Assembly (NCBI GenBank): GCA_949358305.1
Contig: OX442314.1
Location: 29,140,001-29,204,000 of the forward strand
Origin: Strigamia acuminata
Taxonomy: Eukaryota
Direction of reading: 5' to 3'
Length of the DNA stretch: 64,000 nucleotides
Part shown: in pieces, positions 20,032 to 31,345 of the stretch
Layout: the number at the start of each line of letters is the position of its first letter
Numbering within the stretch: the first letter of the stretch is position 1
Notes under the pieces: model-generated
Databases searched by the model: none
What the model was told of the DNA's origin: nothing
What the model saw: the letters and a program-made list of their open reading frames with translations, nothing else
Program-made: the position numbers and the translations under genes

Positions 20032-23000
20032 GCCATGGCGAGTTTAATCTCTGCCATCTGCTTCATTATTGCGTCAAATTTAGCGTCTTCTTTCGCTGTT
20101 CTTGGGCACTCATTGGAGTAGTGGCCCGGTTGGTTACACTTGAAACAGCGAATATTTGATTTGTCTCTTGGGGCTTCAGTCGATTTTTTCTTTTCAGGGT
20201 CTGCTTTCGACGGTGGCGTGTAATTTTTCCGAAAATACTTCGGAATTCGACCGGCATTTGGTTTTAACCTGGCGCGAAATTCTTCTACCGCTCTATCTCG
20301 ATGGATGAGATGTACTAGCGGTCCTTCCTCATCGCAACCCGTTGATAAGGTATCGCGATAGCTTCGTATTTCTTCGTCCGTCGAATAATCGTCTTTTTCT
20401 TCTTTTTCGTCTGATTTTCCGACATTTTGTTCGGCTTCCTCCCCCTCCTTGACCTCCTCCAGTGTCGCTTGCATGGCTGACGCTGTCGGTGCCTTTTTAG
20501 GGGCGGCCAAAGGGTTGGAAGGCAGCGTGGATGTCAGTTTATTTTTTATTTGCAAACCAACGCTAGCTTCTGCCAGCTCCATTATACCGCTAAGATATTC
20601 AGTAGGGCGCATAATCTTATCTGTCGCCCCATATCTTTCCGCACTCAACTTGAGACGTTTTGCGGTCGCTGCTTTCTCCGCTTCTGGTAAAGCGGAATAA
20701 TATCTCTTCTCGATATCTATCGTGTTCTCGAACAGGAAGGCGCTCATCTCCTCGTAGCTACCTCCTGTCGGTGCCCTTTCTTCAAGTAGCACCCTTTGCG
20801 AGTATTCCGACAAACCGCCGAGAAAGAAAAGGTTGAATCCCGTGGCGTGAAATTCCATCGGGGCCTTTTCGAACAACAATCTGGCGCGAATGTCGTAATC
20901 CATTATGGTTTCACCAGGCATCTGGCGAAGACCTCGCATCTTTCGGCTCACCTCTTCGGGTGTCTCGCCGTAGCGTAGGTCGAATCTCATTAAAAAGTCG
21001 TCCCAATTGACGCCTTTCAATCCTTGGTACCACTCACGTGCCGAGCCTGTCATTAGCTCGACAATACCGTGGGTGAGCATGTCTCCTACGGTGGCTTTGG
21101 TGGCAGTCTTAATTCGAATTACTTCGTCAAGGAAGCGATCTCCCGCTTTCCATGACCCGTCGAAACGGTTCTGAATATAAAATTGCCACCTAATATTCCC
21201 GGTAACACTCATGGTGTCACGTCGGGAGACAGCGTATTTTTTCTTTACGCGGTCGCCAGTGCTACGATTACGATCGTTTCGTTTGCTCAGATCGATTCCC
21301 TCGGCCTTCAACGAGCCGAGTAGGGCTCTTCCAAGCTCTCCCATCGTATACTGCCGACCCGTCGAATCGGTAAACGCGCTTTGTCGGGGAAGGTCCTGAA
21401 ACTCCTCCCGTCGGTGGTCGCTATTTTCCGATCGACGTCGTTTCTCTCTATCGCGCGGAGAGTTGGATCTCTTCCGGCGATTACTTGATTTCTCCTTTCG
21501 TCTGTCGTCGTTGGATGAGGGGTCGGAGCTGGGGTCGGGAGACGGTGAGCGGCGTGGCGGGTTGCGCCGTGAAGAGTTTGACTCTTTCCGGCCCCTACGA
21601 CGGTCGTCACGTTCCCTTTCCCTGCGTTCATCGCGTTCTCTTTCCCTTCGTCTTTCTCCGGAACCTCTCTCCGAATCGTGATGACTGGGTGCATTTGACT
21701 CCAGTCCATCTGACGACGAATCACTATTTCCGTAGTGATAATATTTCGGTCTTTCATCGCGTTTGCCTTCTTCTCGCGAAGAGGTGCGATCATGCGATTG
21801 TCTCCTTGACGACTCGTCGTCTTTAAGGATGGGCACTGGTTGTTGCCACTCAGTCCCTTGCGGATTATCTTGCTGTTGGCTTGTGAGAGCTTGCTCTTCA
21901 TTTCGCCTAGCATTATTAGCGTTGATTAACCGCGTTATCGCATTATTTGTGGCTGAATCGAGAGCTTGCATGCGGGGCCGAGTTTGTTGTTCTCTGGCCG
22001 ACGCATCTCTCTTGCGCGGAGTAGCTGGTGTTGCCCTCTCCGGCTGGGGTTTGGGTTTGGCCTTCGGCGTGCGCTTTGGGTCTCCCTCTAGGCTCTCGTC
22101 GGACAGCTCGGATGAACTGACCTCTGGTTTGCGAACGGATTTCGGGTCATCTCGTCGCAATCTGGCCATAAATGCTCGCTCTGCTTCTTGTTGCGAGTGG
22201 AAAGCATATCGATGTGCTCTCAGGGCTCGGTCAACTATTTCTACCTCCTCGGGAGTAGTCGGATTGGGCTGGGTTCTGCCGTACTCGAGAGCTTGCGCTT
22301 CTCTTTCCGCCAGCTTCCTCCGTCTCTCGCGAATGGCTTGTCGAGCCTCATTCTCTGCATCCGCTTCAAATTGAGCGGAATCAACCAATTGTTGAGCGTG
22401 TGCACCTTCAACAATGGTGATTTGTGGGGATACACTGTGCGCTTTTAAAGCTGCACGTACGATTTGTAACGTTTCGTACACGGTAATCTTCCCCGTCGGA
22501 AGGGTGTATCTCACTCCCTCCGCTTGTGCCAACTGCATCGCATCAATCAAGGTGCCCGAGACGCTGTAAGGCTGGCTTGAAACACGCTTGACAGAGGACG
22601 AGTTGGACTTGTGCCCTTCAGACACTACCGAGGCTGGTCGACTGTGCGTAACTGGCGTGTTTAGTGCCGAATTAGCGGTCGTATTTGAGGCCGTCTTTTG
22701 TATCGGAGACGCTGCTTTCGGACTGCCCACCTCGGTGTCGTGCGTTAGACGAGGCGATTGGTTACGGGATAAAACCTCGTTTCCGCTCGTCTCGCCGTCA
22801 CGGTTAGAACGCGGCAGTTTGGAGTGAGATTGCTCTTCACCCCGCTCTGTCTCGTCCAATCGCTGCCTCGTCTCGGCGCGAGACGGGTGCGATGCCTCTG
22901 ATGCGCTTCTACGATCGGGTTTAGGCTTACGCCGTTTTTGCCTCGCTTCGTGCGCTGAGGCTTTGGGTAAGGGACCTCCAGATCGCAAGTGATAGTCGGC

Positions 23001-23069
23001 GCCTTTACGACTGCCGGCTCTCTTGTTTGCGTCGGAGTCGGAATCTGTTACTCGGGTATTATCTGCCAT
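19986..23069 (-). CDS. gag: Gypsy Gag (long, with an Arg/Ser/Glu-rich N-terminal half)
   Basis: First ORF after the PBS (ATG 23069, MADNTR..). It has a capsid-like region (FDG..GSAREWY..WDDFLMRF..LRQMPGETIMDY) and a CCHC knuckle CFKCNQPGHYSNEC. Confidence 0.92.
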   Translation of the reverse strand: MADNTRVTDSDSDANKRAGSRKGADYHLRSGGPLPKASAHEARQKRRKPKPDRRSASEASHPSRAETRQRLDETERGEEQSHSKLPRSNRDGETSGNEVLSRNQSPRLTHDTEVGSPKAASPIQKTASNTTANSALNTPVTHSRPASVVSEGHKSNSSSVKRVSSQPYSVSGTLIDAMQLAQAEGVRYTLPTGKITVYETLQIVRAALKAHSVSPQITIVEGAHAQQLVDSAQFEADAENEARQAIRERRRKLAEREAQALEYGRTQPNPTTPEEVEIVDRALRAHRYAFHSQQEAERAFMARLRRDDPKSVRKPEVSSSELSDESLEGDPKRTPKAKPKPQPERATPATPRKRDASAREQQTRPRMQALDSATNNAITRLINANNARRNEEQALTSQQQDNPQGTEWQQPVPILKDDESSRRQSHDRTSSREEGKRDERPKYYHYGNSDSSSDGLESNAPSHHDSERGSGERRRERERDERRERERDDRRRGRKESNSSRRNPPRRSPSPDPSSDPSSNDDRRKEKSSNRRKRSNSPRDREKRRRSENSDHRREEFQDLPRQSAFTDSTGRQYTMGELGRALLGSLKAEGIDLSKRNDRNRSTGDRVKKKYAVSRRDTMSVTGNIRWQFYIQNRFDGSWKAGDRFLDEVIRIKTATKATVGDMLTHGIVELMTGSAREWYQGLKGVNWDDFLMRFDLRYGETPEEVSRKMRGLRQMPGETIMDYDIRARLLFEKAPMEFHATGFNLFFLGGLSEYSQRVLLEERAPTGGSYEEMSAFLFENTIDIEKRYYSALPEAEKAATAKRLKLSAERYGATDKIMRPTEYLSGIMELAEASVGLQIKNKLTSTLPSNPLAAPKKAPTASAMQATLEEVKEGEEAEQNVGKSDEKEEKDDYSTDEEIRSYRDTLSTGCDEEGPLVHLIHRDRAVEEFRARLKPNAGRIPKYFRKNYTPPSKADPEKKKSTEAPRDKSNIRCFKCNQPGHYSNECPRTAKEDAKFDAIMKQMAEIKLAMAKNESKNESAQAAKK

Positions 23070-23141
23070 TTCTTGCTTTGGGTATGATGTAATCACAGGT
23101 TAGAATCAGTTATTCAACTTGATCCCGGACAGGCCCCCACG

Positions 23142-24161
23142 TGTCGCGCTCAACTCTAACCGTCGCTAACTCGTGGGTTGATTACTTAATTCGACTAACT
23201 CACTACCGCTTTGCTCAAGCGGTTTACCCAAAGAAATGATTACACAGATATAAAAGGTAAAATATAATATAGATTTATTCTGTGGGACAATGTACAGATA
23301 TATCTTATATATATATATATATAAAAGGTAGGTAAAAGGTAAATCGGAATGGGTGAAGGGAAATGGAAAGGTAAAGGTATGATGAAAGCTGGCTGGAATC
23401 GGCGAGGTCGTCTGTTGTCTCGGTCGTGTCCAAGATGGCGTCCTCGTTGTGGCAACGTGGTGTCGTCTTGGGCCGGCGTGGCAATATGGCGTCCTCGGCT
23501 CGTCTCTGGCTGGTCCTTCGGGCTCACGCTGGTCGGGCGCGAGTGAATGCTTAGTTAAAAGGCTTACTTCGGGCTGTTGTCTAGGTTTTTGTGTGGTGTC
23601 CGGCGATCACACAGCGGCGGACTCTTCTGGCTCCCGGCGGTCACACAGCGGCGGGAACGCTCGTCGTGGTTTTACTGCAGTTTAGGCTTGTGCGACCGTT
23701 TGTCTGCACAACTCGCTAAACTGGAGTGGTTTTTACTATTTCTAGCTGGTGTGCTAAAATAGTGTGGTAATCTTATCTCGCAGGTTACTCTGCGGAGTTT
23801 GACACTGACCAAACGTACTCACGGTAAATTGTCCTTTGTCCTTGGTCAATCCCAGTATATTTACTTGGGCCTGATCTTGTAGGACGACGGGTTTTACGTG
23901 TGTTTCTCGTTTGATGGTTGTGTTGGTTCTGCCCGCTCAGTGCAAGGCACATTCCTTTGCACAAAGCGGGGTTGACAGGTGACCGGAATCACCCAATGGT
24001 GGGGTGGACGAGCCATCCCCACTCCCTCAGGGCAGACGCCTGTCCATTGACTAGATGTCAATGCACTGAGGGAAGGGAGACGCGCTTGCGGCTCCCCTTA
24101 CACCCGAAACGAGGTCACGAGAGAAACTCTTCGTTGACCCCGGTCCAGTCGGGTCACAACA
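23142..24161 (-). repeat. Gypsy 5' LTR
   Basis: Direct repeat of 10658-11677, adjacent to the PBS. Confidence 0.97.
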
Positions 24162-24607
24162 ACGTGAGTGCCAAAACACAACCCTAAGCAAAGATGTCAA
24201 AATAAAACCTCAAACAGAGGCATCTCCTATCCATGGGATGCCAAAATACCATACTAAACAAAGGGAACCAACATAGAATTTACCAAGCACATACGTATTA
24301 AAACCCCGACCTACCACTCAGGCCTTTATCAAACGAAAAGGAGTGACATAGGACAAGGGATTCATCAAACATGAGTTACATTATTTTTTGAGTAATCTCC
24401 GCAGTTTGCTAACTGCGATAATAAATTAACAACAACACTTTGACAGAATTTTCCATCACATGGAAAACAGCCAAGGAAGTATTACCACCGCCATTAGCCA
24501 ATCGTGAGGAAATCGCCTAACGAGCCTAATAGGCGAACGCGACATAAGACTCTGCGTGAGCAGTTGAAAACCCCTGGACGACAACAGCCATGAATATAAG
24601 TCTTGAT

Positions 24608-24767
24608 CAGGGCCGTCTTTACACTTTTCAGCGCCCTGGGCTAATAAAACTCAGGCGTCCCTTGCCCAGCACTTTTCTGTGCCCATCGAGCCCCTGTGCC
24701 CGGCGCCCCCCTGTGCCCGGCGCCCTTGGGCTGCAGCCCAGTTAGCCCAATGGTAAAGGTGGGCCTG
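24608..24767. mobile_element. hAT-type MITE
   Basis: Ends CAGGGCC...GGGCCTG flanked by a perfect 8-bp TSD GTCTTGAT; internal repeat ccctgtgcccggcgccc x2. Confidence 0.8.
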
Positions 24768-25043
24768 GTCTTGATACGAGCATTACAAGGCCTAGATCCG
24801 TGAAAAATATTTAATTTTTGGTTACGTAGTTTCATATATTATTAATTTGTAATTTGATTCTGAATTTCTTATACACTGGCGTCACCACATGGTTTCTTAT
24901 AAAATTTTTCCCGTTCATTTTATCTGTAGATAACTCCGTCTTACAACTGTTATCACCCAGTAAGGTGTGGTAGCTTGTGCAATTACAAACATTTTAATGC
25001 AAGCTATACAACAGCCGGCTTCTTCCGATCCACACCAACAAAA

Positions 25044-26099
25044 ATGAATTTGCTCGCACCCAATTTACAAACAGACGTTTACCAAATACTCATTTCTTTA
25101 TCATTACACTTGTGGATTAGAATCATCGGATTCATCGCACTAACTGTATACTGTGGAACTAACGTCAGAACAATCATCTTAAACGGAAGACATATTCAAT
25201 CTCCCGCTGAACGGATAAACATCTATATCATAATAGGCGCTGCAATGCTGGGTTCAGACATCCTTTTGGATTTTCTAGACTTAATGTTATCATGTACTAT
25301 CGGCTTCTTGCTATCATTAACCGCGGGATTGATCACAGCCGTTGCATGGGTTGTTACATTCTTGAAATACCCAGTGACGAACATTACAAGTGTGTTTGAG
25401 CACCAGGCGATTGCGGCCATCTCTCTGTACTCTTGGATAGGATTTTCCATTGTAATTGCTCCTTTGTTGTGGTTTAAGCAGTACAATCATGCCTACATAG
25501 CATGTGGTGTTTTATGCCTGAATTCAAGACCACTTTTCAATATCTTACTTTATATTTTATCGTCAATAGGTGCCATTTTTTTGGTGTTATACTTGATCGC
25601 CACTGTATTGGTGAGTTTGTTGAATTTGGTGGGGAGACTTATTGATGGCATAATATCAAGTGTAGTTTGTTTGGTATTGTTTTGGCCATTGGTTGGTGTG
25701 TATCTCGTGATCGTGGTGGTACCATTAAACGTGTGGGCCGGATTTTTCATAGTGGTTTGGATTTTAGTGTTGTTTAAGGAAAATGAGTTTGTGAAGAAAG
25801 GAGTGGTGTTGTGCAGGGAAAACGCTGTATTGGCTTGGACCAATGCGGTGTTTGTTTTGAAGAGGTGGAAATCTGTTGGGAGACGGTTTGTGCAGCGGTT
25901 TTTCAAATTTCATCGGAATGTAGTAATTGACGAAGATCGAATGTGCATTGGATGTATCGGAGAAGTTAGAACTATTGTACTCGATCCGTGTGGCCATTTA
26001 TGTTTTTGTGCCGCATGTTGGGAAACTTATAAACGGAGCAGGAATACGTGTCCAAATTGCCGATTACCTTATGTCAAAGGGATACAAGTTTTCTTGTAA
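25044..26099 (+). CDS. Membrane RING-HC E3 ligase, RNF26-like, array copy 5
   Basis: Intronless ORF from ATG 25044 (MNLLAPN..) with TM segments and RING CIGC..DPCGHLCFCAAC..CPNC..GIQVFL. The upstream ~250 bp are shared with copies 2 and 4. Confidence 0.85.
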   Translation: MNLLAPNLQTDVYQILISLSLHLWIRIIGFIALTVYCGTNVRTIILNGRHIQSPAERINIYIIIGAAMLGSDILLDFLDLMLSCTIGFLLSLTAGLITAVAWVVTFLKYPVTNITSVFEHQAIAAISLYSWIGFSIVIAPLLWFKQYNHAYIACGVLCLNSRPLFNILLYILSSIGAIFLVLYLIATVLVSLLNLVGRLIDGIISSVVCLVLFWPLVGVYLVIVVVPLNVWAGFFIVVWILVLFKENEFVKKGVVLCRENAVLAWTNAVFVLKRWKSVGRRFVQRFFKFHRNVVIDEDRMCIGCIGEVRTIVLDPCGHLCFCAACWETYKRSRNTCPNCRLPYVKGIQVFL

Positions 26100-26362
26100 T
26101 GTAAGGAAAACAGGAAAACTAATGAATAATTATGGAGATTTTTGTTTAAATCAAATCAAAAGTTGAGAAGTAAGGATACTAGTACATACCCCTAATCCTT
26201 AATGTTACTTTGTTCAATAAAACAAAGCATTAAATCTTAAATTAAATCAGCACTAACAATGTAAGCACATCCCGCTGACCCATTATAGCGCAACCAGTGG
26301 CTTAGCAATCGGAGCCTAAAGGTAAAAAAACAAGGGAGCAGGTACAATTCCAAAGCTTGCTA

Positions 26363-26791
26363 CCGTCTTCCCTCGAATATAACGTCATGACGTTGTGTTC
26401 GAATACAACGACACCTGACGTTGTATTCGAATACAACGTCATGACGTTGTATTCAAGTTTTTTCTTGCAACTTCTGAAAAATCAGAAAGTATCATGTAAT
26501 TTTGGCAAAATAAATTTGATTGAAAATTTCAATTACAAAATTTGTATCCAATTCGTTTTAATACGTATCAAATTCGTTTTTCCGGCATCGCGCCTGTAAA
26601 AAGCGTACCCCGCAACACTTCCCGGCATCGCACCCGTCAATGCACTCGAACATAACGTCATGACGTTGTATTCGAAGTGACGTTGTATTCGAACTGACGT
26701 TATATTCGAGAAAAAGCATAAACTTTCGAAAACGGCAATTTTCGAAAAAACTTGAATACAACGTCATGACGTTATATTCGAGGGAAGACGG
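26363..26791. mobile_element. MITE (Tc1/mariner/pogo-type, TA TSD)
   Basis: 34-bp perfect TIR CCGTCTTCCCTCGAATATAACGTCATGACGTTGT with TA on both sides; repeated internal palindrome aacgtcatgacgtt. Confidence 0.9.
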
Positions 26792-27496
26792 TAGTACAAG
26801 TTTAAAGAGGGAGTCATTTGCAAGCTCACTTGACCCGCTTTTGGCTTACCAGCTTAACTGGCAAACTCAAGCTATACTCTGGCTCACCGTTAAAGGGTAC
26901 CCAGTTCCTATTGGCCGAGCCATTTCACTGGTGTATGTATACATAAAAGTAGGCCAAAATACCCAAAATGCAATGGAAGCCATTTTGTGTGCTTTCCAGA
27001 CATAACAATCAATCATTAAATTTCAAAGCTTATAAATTTTACCCGCTCCCTTGTGTTTCCACCTTAAGGGGCCAATGGAGGATGGATGATGATTTTTTTT
27101 TTAGGTTTCTTGGCTTTTTGGGAAGATGAAAAACCTAGGTCAAAGGGCCCATCATCCAATTTGCCCATGGGCACGGGCCCATTGACGTCTTCCTACGCCA
27201 CTAATTGCAAAGAGATGAAGTATGAATTAAATCATCATGTCACATTAATTTTTTGAATTATCTGGATAAATTTGAAACGCACCTTATGTTATGTCAAATC
27301 CACCTGTGAACAATCTTACCTAATTTTTTGAGAAGTTTATGAATCATATTTACAAATGCACGTTAGAATGAAAAGCTGCTGTAGTCAATAGTTTTAATAA
27401 ATAATAAATGACAAACCAGTGATATGAATTTTTTTAATGCAAACAGCCTCTGCAATTGCTGAATTTTTACAATCCATACCTACGGTATTGTATTCA

Positions 27497-27625
27497 ACTA
27501 TTGTACTCGATCCGTGTGGCCATTTATGTTTTTGTACCGCATGTTGGGATACTTATAAACGGAGCAAGAATACGTGTCCGAATTGTCGATTGCCTTATGT
27601 CAAAGGGATACAAGCTTTCTTGTAA
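27497..27625 (+). pseudogene. RING C-terminal remnant of the TM-RING family
   Basis: Encodes TIVLDPCGHLCFCTACWDTYKRSKNTCPNCRLPYVKGIQAFL*, nearly identical to the end of copy 3. It lacks the first CxxC and all TM segments. Confidence 0.85.
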
Positions 27626-27740
27626 TTTCCTGAGAAGTTTATAAATCGTATTTACAAAAGCACGTTAGAATGAAGGGCTGATGTATTCAATAGTTTTAAT
27701 AAATAATAAATGACAAATTAAAAACTACTGTCTCATTTAA

Positions 27741-30721
27741 TCATTTTAAGGATGCAACAGCGGCTTTGTCGTCGAATCTGTCGCCATTGTCTTCTTCTTC
27801 ATCCGCATTAATCGTGTTGATTTGCTCTTCTAGTTCTACTAATAACATGTAAACAATAATTTAAGAGGTGAAAAGTACTTTTTACCAATAAGTCACTTGC
27901 CAGCTATGTCAATCAGCAAATCAACAGCCAATGGTTCCGCTGCTGTTTGTTCGCTTTCAACAACTGGGTGGATAAACAAATTGCCGCATAAAATAAAAAT
28001 TCAGGATATAAAATGAGCAGTTAGTACTTGCAGCAGTTTCCTTATCGATTTTTATTTCATTTTGCTTGATGTTCTGGGCATCTTCGACAAAATCCGATTC
28101 GCTATTTTGTAAGCATTCCATTGGACAACCATCTGAAGACGGAACCGGCGTTTGAACATCTAAAGGTAGTGACGTGCCACTTGAAATCACCTCTAGCAAA
28201 TTTATACATATACTCCAAACCGATACAAAGTTGTCCAAACTCCGAACCAGAATTAAAATCTTAGAAGAAATTTCGAACCATATACTGTACATTTCACCTA
28301 CCAGGCTGAACCACATCAACTCCATCTTGGTTCTGCTCTAACTGCACTTGGGAAACACTCGCTTCATCTTGACTGTTGTTACTTGGAGAAACAGATTCTT
28401 TCGGCAATCTGTGGTTTCTTCGGGGAAACCGTGGGGATAACAAATCCAACTTTATGCGTGATTTTAACTTTCTCGATTCAGATTGATTAAACAGCAACAA
28501 ATTGTTTTCAAAAATGGGTTTTGCGGTGAAAGACGGCCTCCACAAATCATCACATTTTCCAACCATCGTCTTGTATTCCACACACTCTCCGGCTCCAGGT
28601 AAAATCCACCTTTGTCCTTCCACGACAGATTCAAATGGCATTGTTCCCAACTCCTACGATTGAATGGTTGATAAATAAATGCAGTCTGCCTCACATGTGG
28701 AGATTTTCTAATATTTTTGTCTTATAATATAATACATGAGGGGAAGATATTTTTCTATCTTTTTGGTCACAAATGCTCGTTCACTTACGGTAACTTGGAT
28801 CAAACTTGTGGGTGCCGAATTTGCAATTGGTTCGTTATTGCTTTCGTTACTGCTGGATTCTTTCCTCGATCCGGTTGCCGCCGCTACCAGCCGACTGTTC
28901 TCAAAATCGACACTTTCGTACTCGATATTTTCCTTGAAATCGTCAAAGTCGTCGCTATTCAACTCGACCGACGGGTTGTCGTCATCGGACAAAATTGATT
29001 CAGTCAACCTATGATGCTCGCTCCAAACGATTGATTCATTCGATTCTTTGCGTTCTGACAACGCCGATTCGTACGACTCGATCAAACAGGAAAAATCGAA
29101 TTTTCCCGTGTACGGAACCAACGGATTCGTTTCCTTATCGAAACAATCCTCTACACACAAAAATTCGTTCAAATATTACACACTATCAAACAAACGCAAT
29201 TCATGTCCGACGTGAACCTATTTTTTTAATGGCACGCTGTGATTGGTTGATATTTATTGATGTCGGGTCATTTCCATTTCCATTTTTAGGCCAGCAGACT
29301 ATTCAAAAAATGTTTAAAAGTGTCACCGTCAAATAAATATTCACTGGCACAGCACCATTCATGGTGCATAGGGTAAATAACTCTCGGATCGAACGAATTT
29401 CCAAGTTTCAGAGCGATCTTTCTTAATAAGAAACGGCTTGACCCCCAATCTAACCTTATCCGTTTTTATTAATTAACGTAAGCTAACCCGAGTATTTTCG
29501 TCAATGAATCTCAAAGCATCTCAGCCAATCACAGCACCTCATGAATATAATACGTTCATACCAGACTTCCGTTTACTTTTGTCATCAACCGATTGTGATT
29601 TATTTTCCCGCCACGCAGTAACAGCCTTTTCAAAGTCCTCCATGTTTTTTTCTTCATCATAAACGCCATCAAAATGAATCGGTTGAGCACCAGCTGATGA
29701 AATCAAAGTCACGGGTTCATTTCTATCCGTTGGTTTTCTAATCGATTCGGTCGGATAAGGATCCAGTTTGAAAGTTGATGGCCCAGTCGCCAGATAAGGA
29801 TCCAGTTTGAAAGTTGATGGCACAGTCAGATAAGATTCCTGTTTGAAAGTTGATGGCACAGACGCCAGATAAGGATCCAGTTTGAAAGTTGATGGCACAG
29901 TCGTCGGATAAGGTTCCGGTTTGAAAGTTGATGGCGCTGTCCGAGAATGTAATAAGGATCCTGCACATTTTATTCCGGAACTTAAGTCAACATTTTGCGC
30001 CTATCAAAAACAAACAAAAATCTTATTACTTATGGACAGAAATAAACAAATAAGATTGATGATGACCCACAACTTCCTGTTGCCCATTTCAGGGCCCATG
30101 GGTCAGTTCCGGGGCCCAAAGCTCCACCTGATTGCAGAGGACTGCAACAGGTGCATGTGTGGTGCAGGGCAGTGAACTCAATAAATAATTAATTGAGTTA
30201 AAATTATTATTATTATTTTAAATTTTGGATCTTGGGGCCCTAGTTTTGATTTCATTTTTTTAATTTACGGTTTTTATTATCTCACCTGTAATTCAACCGA
30301 TTTATTTGGATTTAGTTTATTGTTTTTTAATTTTTCCTCTTTACGGTCTTTTGGTTTTTTGGTTTTATCTTCTTGTTTATTACCTCCGGCCTTCGACATA
30401 CTCAATTTCATCTGTAAAAAGAAGGAAAATTTGAGAATTTCGATTGGAAATTGCGAAATATTTTTACATTGTCACGTTTTGGAGGCTGAGGAATGCTGTT
30501 CTTGAGAAACTGAGTCGATTTCCATCGAGTTTCCATAAACTTCCTGCAAGGAAGGACTATTTCAATTATTTTTCTAATTTTCTAATTTAATTTTCCCAAG
30601 TTTATTCAGAATATTTACCTTCTTTCTTCCTTTTCTTTAACCATTGCCTCTTTCAATTTCTGCAGACGAATTTCCATCAATTCACTCTGCTCCTTCACTC
30701 GTTTTGAAACTGCCATATCCT
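27741..30721 (-). CDS. Multi-exon gene, ZBBX-like (exon structure partly inferred; 5' end uncertain)
   Basis: GT-AG-bounded exons encode MAVSKRVKEQSELMEIRLQKLKEAMVKEKEER, ..FDGVYDEEKNMEDFEKAVTAWRE.. and a terminal ELEEQINTINADEEED..ASLK*. From memory, the coiled-coil and G-x-[FY]DEE..F..W-R motifs resemble ZBBX proteins. Confidence 0.55.
29750..29940 (-). repeat. Coding tandem repeat (36-39 bp, 5 units; PSTFKxxPY)
   Basis: gataaggatccagtttgaaagttgatggc repeated in frame inside an exon. Confidence 0.9.
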
Positions 30722-31324
30722 ATTTAAAAAAAATTAATTTATTATTTATTTTATCAGTTCCGATTAAATAATTCGATCAATAATCGCTTCAATGACACAC
30801 AAAACGATTTTCTCCTCTTTTAAAATTCGAAGTCAGATTCAAACAAATATGTCTTCCCTCTCCTAGCGGCAAAATGCATTAAATCCATTATTTAATAATT
30901 ATTTTAAAATTTATATAAAAAAAAAACCAACAAAATAAATATAGAAAAATTAAAAAAGAAATTTAAATTCTTTTCATTTCTCAACATCCGATTCGTGCAA
31001 ATAAAATTCAATCTCAAATTAGAGGAACCTTGCCAACAAAATAACAGAATCACCTGTTCAGCACGAGAAGGCGTGACAACACGTGACACGCAACGCCCAA
31101 TCACGAGCCGACTACAGCCTCGCCTGATGTATGACATAACACTAGCACGCTATGCCGTCTCCGCTCGAACGATAGAGCGGCGCTTGACTTTCCGCACGCA
31201 CATAACCTCGCGTTTTACCACCCAACTGACGAATGATCGACAGATACGAATTAACGTCATCAAAAACAGGTCAGTCTTTATCACCAAACATAAAAATTAT
31301 CTAATTCCCGCCCCGTTTTCGTTC

Positions 31325-31333
31325 GTATAAATA
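31325..31333 (+). promoter_or_regulatory. Possible TATA box upstream of MID1IP1-like gene
   Basis: gtataaata with a GC-box-like cccgcccc just upstream. It is very close to ATG 31346, so if real a downstream ATG would be used. Confidence 0.3.
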
Positions 31334-31345
31334 GCAGTGATTGAC

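Larger units (their letters stand above)
10658..24161 (-). mobile_element. Full-length Ty3/Gypsy LTR retrotransposon with three large ORFs
   Basis: Two 1020-bp LTRs (TGT..ACA) that look identical, and a 4-bp TSD ACGT. PBS TGGGGGCCTGTCCGGGAT (tRNA-Pro-like, ~23122-23139) and PPT GGAGGGGGAAG (11678-11688). Pol domain order is PR-RT-RH-INT. Confidence 0.97.

Noticed and set aside
26295..27203. hAT-like element with CAGTGGC(T/G)TAG ends enclosing the 26363 MITE
   Set aside because: The termini are imperfect and the flanking 8-mers (agcgcaac / attgcaaa) do not form a convincing TSD.
28294..29172. Frameshifted pseudogene reading of the overlapping minus-strand ORFs
   Set aside because: The frame changes can plausibly be explained by short GT-AG introns as elsewhere in this gene; it cannot be called a pseudogene without transcripts.
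31061..31090. Carbohydrate-response element upstream of the Spot14-family gene (cacgag..ggcgtg..cacgtg)
   Set aside because: E-box-like hexamers are present, but the spacing does not fit the two-E-box, 5-bp-spacer ChoRE consensus.
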